A DNA stretch of 17,982 bases from an uncultured Anaerolineaceae bacterium (GTDB taxonomy: Bacteria > Chloroflexota > Anaerolineae > 4572-78), in assembly GCA_964411845.1 (NCBI GenBank), contig CAYPNZ010000007.1, positions 1 to 17,982 of the forward strand, in the 5' to 3' direction. Shown here one piece after another: positions 9,002 through 15,585 of this stretch. Under the pieces are notes generated by a model, which was not told the origin of the DNA, did not search any database, and was given only the letters and a program-made list of their open reading frames with translations. The translations under genes were made by a program, and so were the position numbers. Position 1 is the stretch's first letter, and each line of letters begins with the position of its first letter.

Positions 9002-9028
9002 GGGACAGATAGAAATTCTATCCATCCC
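9002..9028. promoter_or_regulatory. 27-bp imperfect palindrome GGGAcaGATAGAaatTCTATCcaTCCC in the apgM 5' region: candidate operator or 5'UTR hairpin.
   Basis: Inner arms GATAGA/TCTATC are perfect (9008-9013 / 9017-9022) and outer arms GGGA/TCCC match. It lies between the candidate -10 (9029-9034) and the apgM RBS, so it overlaps the likely TSS. Confidence 0.3.
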
Positions 9029-9057
9029 ATTGTAGCATGATTGTTTGTTTTGGTGAA
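9029..9057 (-). promoter_or_regulatory. Candidate internal promoter for apgM (minus strand): -35 TTCACC (complement of 9052-9057), 17 nt spacer, extended -10 TGcTACAAT (complement of 9029-9037).
   Basis: Read from the reverse complement of the 94-nt ATPase-apgM gap. There is no terminator in that gap, so read-through from the upstream operon is also expected. Confidence 0.35.
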
Positions 9058-9073
9058 GTGTGTTACCCGGCGA

Positions 9074-10177
9074 TTACAGTAGCGTTTTTTCGGTGGCTTG
9101 GTCAAACAGGTGGATGCTGTCCAAGTTGAAGACGACTTCCACTTCATCGCCGAGGTTGTAATGGGCACGCGGGTCAATTCGCCCGATGAAATTCTGGTCG
9201 TCGCCGGTGACGAAATAGACATAAATTTCGCTGCCCATCAATTCGGTCAATTCCACTTTGGCTTGAACCCGTGCGCCGGTAACACCCACCGGCACGAATT
9301 CGGGATTGTGAACGTCTTCCGGGCGAACGCCGAGCACCACTTTTTTGCCCAGATGGTCTTTCACTTTGGCGACCAGCGCATCGTGCAGCCGCAGGCGGAA
9401 AGCGCCGGTATCAACATACATTTCGTTGACATCGCCGGTGAGGGTGCCGTTGAAGAAATTCATAGACGGCGAGCCGATGAAACCGGCGACGAACAGGTTT
9501 ACGGGGTGGTCGTACAAATTTTGCGGCGAGTCAACCTGTTGCAGCACGCCGTCTTTCATTACGGCGATGCGGTCTGCCATGGTCATGGCTTCCACTTGGT
9601 CGTGGGTGACGTAAATGAAGGTGGTTGCCAATTTTTTGTGCAGTTTGGTGATTTCGGCGCGGGTTTGCACGCGCAATTTGGCGTCAAGGTTGGAAAGCGG
9701 CTCGTCCAGCAGGAACACGGAAGGTTCGCGCACCAGCGCTCGCCCCAGCGCCACCCGCTGTCGCTGCCCGCCGGACAGCGCTTTCGGTTTGCGGTCGAGG
9801 TATGATTCAATGCCCAAAATTTTTGCGGCTTCGTGTACCCGGCGGTTAATTTCATCTTTGGGGGTTTTACGCAGTTTCAGCCCGAATGCCATGTTATCGT
9901 ACACGGACATGTGCGGGTACAGCGCGTAACTTTGGAACACCATGGCAATATCGCGGTCTTTGGGCGGCACATCGTTTACCACGCGGTCGCCAATGCGAAT
10001 TTGCCCTTCGGTAATTTCTTCCAGCCCGGCTAAACAGCGCAATGCGGTAGATTTTCCGCAGCCGGACGGACCAACCAGCACCAGAAATTCCTTGTCGTGA
10101 ATTTCCAGATTCAGGTCTTTCAGCGCGGTCACATCGCCGTATTTTTTGGTTACATGGTCATAGGTTACGCTAGCCAT
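9074..10177 (-). CDS. Sugar ABC transporter ATP-binding protein, MalK/MsiK/UgpC type, with a C-terminal TOBE/regulatory domain. 367 aa from the RBS-supported start.
   Basis: Walker A GPSGCGKST, signature LSGGQRQR, Walker B FLLDEPLSNLD. True start MASVTYDHVTKKYGD is preceded by AAGGAG 6 nt upstream (ATG complement of 10175-10177). The ORF-track 5' extension to 10252 lacks an RBS. No permease or binding-protein gene is adjacent. Confidence 0.85.
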   Translation of the reverse strand: MASVTYDHVTKKYGDVTALKDLNLEIHDKEFLVLVGPSGCGKSTALRCLAGLEEITEGQIRIGDRVVNDVPPKDRDIAMVFQSYALYPHMSVYDNMAFGLKLRKTPKDEINRRVHEAAKILGIESYLDRKPKALSGGQRQRVALGRALVREPSVFLLDEPLSNLDAKLRVQTRAEITKLHKKLATTFIYVTHDQVEAMTMADRIAVMKDGVLQQVDSPQNLYDHPVNLFVAGFIGSPSMNFFNGTLTGDVNEMYVDTGAFRLRLHDALVAKVKDHLGKKVVLGVRPEDVHNPEFVPVGVTGARVQAKVELTELMGSEIYVYFVTGDDQNFIGRIDPRAHYNLGDEVEVVFNLDSIHLFDQATEKTLL

Positions 10178-10206
10178 AAAAGTCTCCTTTTTTTGAATGA
10201 GGTTGT

Positions 10207-11232
10207 TTATACCCAAAATTCCAAATTGCTTGATTGCCGAACCACCAGCCACGGGTCAATTTCCGTGGGTGGCGGGTTTGTTTCAATGGCGCCGATGGTT
10301 GTCAGCAACAGACGGCACGCATATTGCCCCAGTGTGTCGGTGGGACGGTGAACGGTTGTCAGCGGCGGTTGGCTGTATTCCGCCAGCAAAATATCGCCGA
10401 AGCCCACGATGGCAATATCGTCGCCGATTTCAAACCCTTGGTCTTGCGCGGCTTTCATTGCGCCCAGGGCGACCAAATCGTGGCACGCCAGTATGGCATC
10501 GGGGGGCGATTCCGCCAGCAGGTGTTGCGCGGCGCGATAGCCTTCTTTTTGCGACATTTCCGTCAAATCGGTGATGATGCCGCCGGACAATTCCGGTTGG
10601 GCGGCAATGGCATTGCCGAATGCCCGAATGGCGCTTTGCTGAAAAAGCAGGTCGGCGGGCGGGGCGATGAAGGCAATGCGGCGGCGATTTTCTTCCACCA
10701 GATGAACGACGGCTTGCAAAATACCCGCTTCCGCATTAACCCATACGGCGGCATGCGGCGGCACGGGTTGATGTGCGACAATCACAAACGGAATATGCTG
10801 TGCTGTTAAAAATTCAATGCGCCAATCGTTGCGGCGGGGTTGGGCGATGATTAGCCCGTCAACGCGACGTTCTGCTGCCAGCCGCCGGTAGGCTTCCTGC
10901 TCATTTTTACCGGGGGTGCGCGCTGAAACGAGCAAATCGAAATTGTGACGGGCAGCCTCGGCGGTAATGCCGGTCAGCAGTTCGGTGAAAAAGGGGTCTG
11001 CCTGCCGCGCCGATTGCACCGGCAAAATCAACCCGATGGCATCGGTGCGTTTTTTTTGCAGCCGGCGGGCGGTAATGTTGGGGGCGTACCCCATCTCGGC
11101 GGCGGTTTGGGCAATGAATGCCCGGGTTTCCGGCGAAATATCTGTGTGTCCCCGCAGCGCTTTCGACACGGTGGCAACCGATTTGCCCACAGCGCGGGCG
11201 ATGTCTTTCAGCGTGACCTCTGTTGGGGGCAC
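10207..11232 (-). CDS. LacI-family transcriptional regulator, 341 aa from the GTG start. HTH reads TLKDIARAVGKSVATVSKAL, followed by a periplasmic-binding-protein-like sugar domain.
   Basis: The GTG start (complement of 11230-11232) is preceded by GGAG (complement of 11239-11242) with a 6-nt spacer. The ORF-track TTG at 11274 lies upstream of the predicted -10/TSS and between the two operators, so it is rejected. The stop is 30 nt before the ATPase start, so the two are probably co-transcribed. Confidence 0.8.
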   Translation of the reverse strand: MPPTEVTLKDIARAVGKSVATVSKALRGHTDISPETRAFIAQTAAEMGYAPNITARRLQKKRTDAIGLILPVQSARQADPFFTELLTGITAEAARHNFDLLVSARTPGKNEQEAYRRLAAERRVDGLIIAQPRRNDWRIEFLTAQHIPFVIVAHQPVPPHAAVWVNAEAGILQAVVHLVEENRRRIAFIAPPADLLFQQSAIRAFGNAIAAQPELSGGIITDLTEMSQKEGYRAAQHLLAESPPDAILACHDLVALGAMKAAQDQGFEIGDDIAIVGFGDILLAEYSQPPLTTVHRPTDTLGQYACRLLLTTIGAIETNPPPTEIDPWLVVRQSSNLEFWV

Positions 11233-11251
11233 GGCAACTCCAATCACCGAA

Positions 11252-11265
11252 CTTAAACGTTTAAC
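11252..11265. promoter_or_regulatory. LacI-type operator O1: CTTAAACGTTTAAC. 13/14 palindrome with a central CG, in the 5'UTR about +5 to +18 of the lacI-family promoter.
   Basis: The AAACGTTT core with central CG is the LacI/CcpA-family operator architecture. It is a near-identical second copy of the site at 11285-11298. Confidence 0.6.
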
Positions 11266-11276
11266 TCTTGGCAACC

Positions 11277-11305
11277 ATTATAGACTTAAACGTTTAAGGT
11301 GTCAA
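11277..11305 (-). promoter_or_regulatory. Consensus sigma70 promoter of the LacI-family operon (minus strand): TTGACA (complement of 11300-11305), 17 nt spacer, TATAAT (complement of 11277-11282). Operator O2 CTTAAACGTTTAAG (11285-11298, perfect 14-bp palindrome) lies inside the spacer.
   Basis: The reverse complement of 11271-11305 reads TTGACAccttaaacgtttaagtcTATAAT. O1 and O2 centres are 33 bp apart, about three helical turns. Confidence 0.65.
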
Positions 11306-11352
11306 ATTGTGCGATATTTTTCAGCCGATTGGTAAAAAATGAACCTATTTTT

Positions 11353-11381
11353 TTGACCGTCACGAATCACTTTGTTATAAT
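11353..11381 (+). promoter_or_regulatory. Sigma70 promoter for the HNH gene: TTGACC (11353-11358), 17 nt spacer, TATAAT (11376-11381). It is divergent from and back-to-back with the LacI-family promoter.
   Basis: Hexamers and spacing read directly from the sequence. RBS GGGAGG (11415-11420) precedes the TTG start by 6 nt. Confidence 0.6.
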
Positions 11382-11426
11382 TTTGCTGAAATTCATTCAA
11401 CCCGTTACAAAATCGGGAGGCAGATT

Positions 11427-11927
11427 TTGAGCAGTGTACTCGTTTTAAATGCCTCTTACGAACCTTTGAGTGTCGTTTCCGTCCGGCGTGCCATCGTACT
11501 CTTGCTCAAAGAGAAGGCAGAGGTGGTAGAAGCAGCGCAAGCCATGCTGCGCTCAGAGCAACTGACGTTGCCGGTGCCATTGGTTATTCGCTTGGTGTAT
11601 TACGTGCGCATTCCGCACCGAATCTCGCTGCCGGTTTCGCGGCGGGGTATTTTGGTGCGCGACCGGTACACTTGCCAATATTGCGGCAAACAACCCGGTA
11701 AACAATCGCTGACCATTGACCACGTTATGCCGCGTTCGCGCGGTGGAAAAACCACGTGGGATAATGTGGTGGCGGCGTGCAAACACTGCAACGGCAAAAA
11801 AGGCAATCGCACCCCGGAAGAAGCCGGTATGAAACTGCTGACCAAACCCGCCAAACCGCGTTATTTTGCGCTGGCATATATGACCAGTATGGAAGCGCGA
11901 AACGCTTGGGAAAAATATATGTGGTAA
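11427..11927 (+). CDS. Standalone HNH endonuclease-family protein (COG1403-like), 166 aa, TTG start.
   Basis: HNH/zinc-finger core CQYCG...[34 protein letters not shown] at 11427-11429 with RBS GGGAGG. No companion methylase, restriction or RuvC domain is nearby. Confidence 0.8.
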   Translation: MSSVLVLNASYEPLSVVSVRRAIVLLLKEKAEVVEAAQAMLRSEQLTLPVPLVIRLVYYVRIPHRISLPVSRRGILVRDRYTCQYCGKQPGKQSLTIDHVMPRSRGGKTTWDNVVAACKHCNGKKGNRTPEEAGMKLLTKPAKPRYFALAYMTSMEARNAWEKYMW

Positions 11928-11972
11928 TCCCGGACGACAAATTATCCACGCCTGAAGTTCAGACACAAAATT

Positions 11973-12002
11973 CAAGCCGACTGAAAGTCGGCTTGTGTTT
12001 TT
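11973..12002 (+). terminator. Rho-independent terminator 1 after the HNH gene.
   Basis: Perfect 9-bp stem CAAGCCGAC (11973-11981) / GTCGGCTTG (11987-11995), loop TGAAA, followed by TGTTTTT. Confidence 0.8.
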
Positions 12003-12003
12003 A

Positions 12004-12040
12004 GCCCCGAAATTTATTTCGGGGCGGGGCTGTTTTTATT
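12004..12040 (+). terminator. Rho-independent terminator 2, in tandem with terminator 1.
   Basis: Stem GCCCCGAAAT / ATTTCGGGGC (12004-12025), followed by GGGGCTGTTTTTATTT. Confidence 0.7.
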
Positions 12041-12068
12041 TGACGTGCCGTAATTGTCGTGCTATACT
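12040..12068 (+). promoter_or_regulatory. Sigma70 promoter of the nrtR-pncA-pncB operon: TTGACG (12040-12045), 17 nt spacer, TATACT (12063-12068).
   Basis: Hexamers read from the sequence. It lies immediately after the double terminator. Confidence 0.6.
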
Positions 12069-12069
12069 G

Positions 12070-12090
12070 TTAGTGTGTATAGAACACTAT
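12070..12090. promoter_or_regulatory. Candidate NrtR operator: 21-bp palindrome tTAGTGTgtatagaACACTAt (GT-N7-AC core), immediately downstream of the -10 and overlapping the predicted TSS. An overlapping second dyad CTATAC/GTATAG sits at 12062-12082.
   Basis: Perfect 6-bp arms TAGTGT (12071-12076) / ACACTA (12084-12089). As I recall it, the NrtR-family operator is a ~21-bp palindrome with a GT-N7-AC core. Its position upstream of the nrtR gene itself fits autoregulation. Confidence 0.45.
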
Positions 12091-12097
12091 TTGGCAG

Positions 12098-12808
12098 GTG
12101 AAAATGACTGCGTCAAAACCATACAATCCCAACGATTATGACCGACCGTCGGTGACGGTGGATGTGGTGTTGTTCACCATTTTAGACGGTACATTGAAAG
12201 TGCTGCTCATCAAACGCAAACTTGAACCGTTTGCCGGGCAGTGGGCATTTCCCGGCGGTTTTGTGCGCATCACCGAAAGTTTGGACGATGCCGCCTACCG
12301 CGAATTGCAGGAAGAAACCGGCATCGCCCGTGATGCAGTCTATTTGGAGCAGTTATACACCTTCGGCAACCCCAACCGCGACCCGCGCATGCGCATCATC
12401 ACCGTGGCGTATTTTGCGCTGGTCAGCGCCGATAAAATTGCAAAATTGCACGCCAGCGACGATGCCGCCGAAGCCCGTTGGTTTTCGGCATACAACCCGC
12501 CGCCGCTGGCATTTGACCACAGCGACATTTTGGCGTATGCCATCACTCGGTTGCGCTATAAATTGGAATACAGTGCGGTGGGTTTTCAATTATTGCCGGA
12601 AACTTTCACCCTGCGAGAATTGCAGCAAGCATACGAAATTGTGCTCGGCGAAAAACTGGACAAACGCAATTTCCGCAACAAATTGCGCAAAGCAAATGTG
12701 GTGGAACCCACCCCCCGCTTCCGTGACAGCGGCGGCAGACCCGCGCGGCTGTACCGGTTCAAAGCCGATGCCGTGGCAGAAGTAAAAACCCGCCGGTTGT
12801 TTCCGTAA
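12098..12808 (+). CDS. nrtR: NrtR-type Nudix-related transcriptional regulator (N-terminal Nudix/ADP-ribose-binding domain plus C-terminal winged-helix domain), 236 aa. GTG start at 12098, alternative ATG at 12104.
   Basis: Intact Nudix box GFVRITESLDDAAYRELQEETGI (G-x5-E-x7-REUxEExGU). The C-terminal segment LRELQQAYEIVLGEKLDKRNFRNKLRKANVVEP...RPARLYRF is typical of the NrtR wHTH domain. A nicotinamidase and a nicotinate PRTase gene follow immediately. Confidence 0.75.
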   Translation: MKMTASKPYNPNDYDRPSVTVDVVLFTILDGTLKVLLIKRKLEPFAGQWAFPGGFVRITESLDDAAYRELQEETGIARDAVYLEQLYTFGNPNRDPRMRIITVAYFALVSADKIAKLHASDDAAEARWFSAYNPPPLAFDHSDILAYAITRLRYKLEYSAVGFQLLPETFTLRELQQAYEIVLGEKLDKRNFRNKLRKANVVEPTPRFRDSGGRPARLYRFKADAVAEVKTRRLFP

Positions 12809-12877
12809 AATACAAATGCGCCGGACGGGCTATTTTTTAAACAAACTTGGTGTAAAAAGTACATTTTGGAGGCAGGT

Positions 12878-13612
12878 ATGAATTTGGAAACTTTTATCAC
12901 CAACAGCAAACCGTTTTTGCGCTGGGCGCTTAATTGGCGAGAATCGCTACCCGTTGTTTCGATGGCAGCATTGGCGGGCGAACACCCGGAGCGGGTGGCG
13001 GTGCTGTCGGTGGATATGGTGAACGGTTTTTGTTACGAAGGACCCCTTGCCAGCCCGCGCGTGGCGGCGCTGGTTAACCCCATTACGGCGCTGTTCAAAA
13101 ATGCGTATGCGGCAGGCGTGCGCCACTTCATTTTAACGCAAGACAGCCATCCCGCCGACGCGGTGGAGTTTGCCAACTACCCGCCGCACTGCATCCGCGG
13201 CACGGCGGAAAGCGAAACCGTTACCGCTTTCACCGAATTGCCGTTTTTCGATGAATTTACGGTAATGCCGAAAAACTCGCTCAGTTCAGCCATCGGCACA
13301 GACCTTGACCCGTGGCTCGATGCGCATCCCGAGGTGGATACCTTCATCACCGTGGGCGACTGCACCGACCTGTGCACCTACCAATTGGCAATGCACCTGA
13401 AACTCCGCGCCAACGCCGCCAACCGTCCCGACCGCGTGGTGCTGCCCGTGGATTGCGTGGATACTTACGATTTGCCGGTGGAAACGGCGGCAAAAATCGG
13501 CGCCATTCCACACGATGGCAATCTGCTGCATTTGATTTTTCTGTACAATATGATGCTCAACGGGGTGGAAGTGGTGCGTCAAATTACAAACGGCGAACAG
13601 CGCAGCAAATAA
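12878..13612 (+). CDS. pncA: Isochorismatase-family hydrolase, most likely nicotinamidase (PncA-like). 244 aa from the RBS-supported ATG.
   Basis: RBS GGAGG (12868-12872) 5 nt before ATG 12878. The ORF-track TTG at 12866 overlaps the RBS. Isochorismatase-fold catalytic elements are present (VLSVDMVNGF Asp, VGDCTDLCT Cys). Its position in an NrtR operon next to an NAPRTase supports the assignment. Confidence 0.7.
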   Translation: MNLETFITNSKPFLRWALNWRESLPVVSMAALAGEHPERVAVLSVDMVNGFCYEGPLASPRVAALVNPITALFKNAYAAGVRHFILTQDSHPADAVEFANYPPHCIRGTAESETVTAFTELPFFDEFTVMPKNSLSSAIGTDLDPWLDAHPEVDTFITVGDCTDLCTYQLAMHLKLRANAANRPDRVVLPVDCVDTYDLPVETAAKIGAIPHDGNLLHLIFLYNMMLNGVEVVRQITNGEQRSK

Positions 13613-13629
13613 TTTATAACAGGTGATTT

Positions 13630-14997
13630 ATGTCAATTTTTAACAACCAACGACTGACCAACGAGGTTTTCAAACTGGATGTTGACCGCATGCGGCGCGG
13701 CTGGTATTCCGACAAATATTTCATCAACATTGCCGCCACGCTGAAAAAACTGGCTGCCGCCAATTATCGCTTCGATGGCGATGCGTCGCGGGTAACAGAC
13801 CCCGCGCTCAATCCGCACCATTTGCGCACCGGCGACGTGTGGGTCGAAATGCAAATTTTCAACCGCCGCCGACCGCAGGCAGTCATCGCCGGGGTAGATA
13901 AAGCGTTGAGCATGTTGCGTCACTGTGCCGGCTATTTCGATGAAAACGACAATTTTGTGGAAACATGGCAAAATTTGGAAGTGGAAGCCGTGCAAGATGG
14001 CGTCATCACCCGTTACGATGGCGACATCACCCGGCTGCAACCCGTTATGAAAATTCGCGGGCGATACCGCGATATTGCCATTTTGGAAACACCGATTTTG
14101 GGCGCACTCACCCGCGGCAGCCGCATTGCCACCAACGTTTACAATACGCTGGTGGCGGCGCGCGGCAAACCCGTCCTTTTTTTCCCGGCGCGATTTGATG
14201 CCCACGAAGTGCAAGCCGCCGACGGTTACGCCTATGATATTGCCGTCAAGCGGTTCAATCTGGATTTTGGCGGGCATGTGGCTTCGTTTGTTTCCACCGA
14301 TGCGCAAGGCGATTGGTGGGGCGGTCTCGGCGGGGGAACGGTGGCGCACGCAGCCATTGCTTCTTTTTTGGGCGACACGGTCGCCGCCATGCTGGCATTT
14401 GCCGCGACGCAGGCGGTTTCTGTGCCGCGGGTGGCGCTGGTTGATTTTAACAACGATTCGGTGGGCACCAGTTTGGCGGTGCTCAAAGCGATGTTTGCCC
14501 GCTACCGGCAGGCGATGGATGCGGGCGATACCGCCGAAGCCGAAAAATACCGGCTGTTCGGCGTGCGGCTCGACACGGCAGGCAACATGCGCGACATCAG
14601 TTTGCCGCCGCTCGGCGACAGAAAACTCGATAACGGCGTCAACCCGCGGCTGGTATGGACGGTTCGGCAGGCAATAGACCACGCTTGGGAAAGTTGGCAA
14701 CTGCCCGCCGAATGGCAATCGCGCGCCGCCGATTATTGCCGTGCCGTAAAAATTGTCGTCAGCGGCGGTTTCAATCCGACCAAAATTCGGCAATTTGAAG
14801 ATTTGGGCGTGCCCGCCGATATTTACGGGGTGGGTTCCAGCCTGATGAGCAACGATGACCATCTCGGCACCAATACCGATTTTACCGCAGATGTGGTACG
14901 GGTGCGGCTGGAAAAAACATGGATACCGATGGGCAAAGTCGGGCGGGTGGCGTGTGATAATCCCGATTTGGCACCGGTGGATTTGGCGCGGCTGTGA
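13630..14997 (+). CDS. pncB: Nicotinate phosphoribosyltransferase family protein (type II NAPRTase/PncB-like), 455 aa.
   Basis: RBS AGGTGA before ATG 13630. The GGGTVAHAAIASF block resembles the NAPRT active-site AGTMAHSF motif. Gene order nrtR-pncA-pncB matches the classic NrtR regulon. NAMPT/NadV cannot be fully excluded without alignment. Confidence 0.7.
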   Translation: MSIFNNQRLTNEVFKLDVDRMRRGWYSDKYFINIAATLKKLAAANYRFDGDASRVTDPALNPHHLRTGDVWVEMQIFNRRRPQAVIAGVDKALSMLRHCAGYFDENDNFVETWQNLEVEAVQDGVITRYDGDITRLQPVMKIRGRYRDIAILETPILGALTRGSRIATNVYNTLVAARGKPVLFFPARFDAHEVQAADGYAYDIAVKRFNLDFGGHVASFVSTDAQGDWWGGLGGGTVAHAAIASFLGDTVAAMLAFAATQAVSVPRVALVDFNNDSVGTSLAVLKAMFARYRQAMDAGDTAEAEKYRLFGVRLDTAGNMRDISLPPLGDRKLDNGVNPRLVWTVRQAIDHAWESWQLPAEWQSRAADYCRAVKIVVSGGFNPTKIRQFEDLGVPADIYGVGSSLMSNDDHLGTNTDFTADVVRVRLEKTWIPMGKVGRVACDNPDLAPVDLARL

Positions 14998-15019
14998 GCG
15001 CAATAAAAATGCAATTACA

Positions 15020-15048
15020 TTGACAGTAAATCGCTGTTGTGTTATGAT
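15020..15048 (+). promoter_or_regulatory. Consensus-like sigma70 promoter for the Roadblock gene: TTGACA (15020-15025), 17 nt spacer, TATGAT (15043-15048).
   Basis: Hexamers and spacing read from the sequence. The leader is about 54 nt up to the RBS AAGGAG. Confidence 0.6.
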
Positions 15049-15108
15049 GGAAATCGGTGGGAAATTTGTACAGAAACAGGAAATGGCGCGAAAGGAGTAC
15101 ACAGCAAT

Positions 15109-15477
15109 ATGGCATCTCGCACAGAACAAATGGTGGCTCGCTTACGAGATTTGCAAGCCGGCACGGCTGATATTGAAGCCTCGGCGGTGGTTAGCGTTGA
15201 CGGGTTGATTATGGCATCATCGCTGCCGCAGGATATTGAAGAAGACCGGGTGTCGGCAATGTCGGCGGCAATGCTTTCGCTGGGCGAACGCATCGCGCAA
15301 GAATTGAGCCGAGGCTATCTCGACCAAGTTTACATTCGCGGCACCAACGGATATGTTATTTTGATGTCGGTTGGAGAAGAAGCGGTGCTCACCGTTATGG
15401 CGCGCGCCGATGCCAAATTGGGGTTGATATTCCTTGATATGCGCCGCGCCGCCGAAGATTTGGCTCAGTTGGTATAA
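15109..15477 (+). CDS. Roadblock/LC7 (MglB-like) domain protein, 122 aa from the RBS-supported ATG (MASRTEQMVARLRDLQ...).
   Basis: RBS AAGGAG (15092-15097) precedes ATG 15109. The ORF-track start at 15037 lies upstream of the promoter -10. The alpha-beta-beta pattern and the conserved segment VVSVDGLIMASS...YVILMSVGEEAVLTVMA are typical of Roadblock/LC7. Stop TAA at 15475-15477. Confidence 0.75.
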   Translation: MASRTEQMVARLRDLQAGTADIEASAVVSVDGLIMASSLPQDIEEDRVSAMSAAMLSLGERIAQELSRGYLDQVYIRGTNGYVILMSVGEEAVLTVMARADAKLGLIFLDMRRAAEDLAQLV

Positions 15478-15490
15478 CCTGAAAATACAA

Positions 15491-15518
15491 AAGCCACCCC
15501 GCGGGGTGGCTTTTTTTG
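15491..15518. terminator. Strong bidirectional rho-independent terminator: perfect 18-bp palindromic stem GCCACCCCGCGGGGTGGC flanked by an A-run on the 5' side and a T7 run on the 3' side.
   Basis: Stem 15493-15510, TTTTTTT 15511-15517, and AAAATACAAAA on the 5' side, so it is U-rich on either transcript. Confidence 0.85.
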
Positions 15519-15539
15519 TCTTCGGGATTGTGAGGGGCA

Positions 15540-15569
15540 TGTCATTGCGAGCGCAGCGAAGCAATGACA
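15540..15569. repeat. Stem-loop element TGTCATTGC-gagcgcagcgaa-GCAATGACA (9-bp perfect arms, 12-nt GC-rich loop).
   Basis: Arms at 15540-15548 / 15561-15569. It is not followed by a T-run, so it is not a terminator. It resembles a REP-like dispersed palindromic unit. Confidence 0.4.
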
Positions 15570-15585
15570 ATTCAACGGGCACTGC

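Noticed and set aside
11232-11274. Longer N-terminus (TTG 11274) for the LacI-family regulator as given by the ORF track
   Set aside because: The TTG lies upstream of the consensus -10 (11277-11282) and TSS of the gene's own promoter, between the two operators. The GTG at 11232 has a properly spaced GGAG.
11942-11950. DnaA box-like TTATCCACG after the HNH gene
   Set aside because: It is a single copy with no AT-rich DUE or additional boxes, so not an origin. It is mentioned only as a curiosity.
13633-15129. 498-aa ORF on the minus strand spanning the whole of pncB
   Set aside because: It is antisense to a well-supported NAPRTase gene, has no RBS, and is Arg/Gly/Pro-rich. This is the typical shadow ORF of high-GC3 coding DNA.
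14855-15208. 117-aa ORF bridging the pncB 3' end and the Roadblock 5' region
   Set aside because: It runs across a consensus promoter and the RBS of the Roadblock gene and is out of frame with both real genes.
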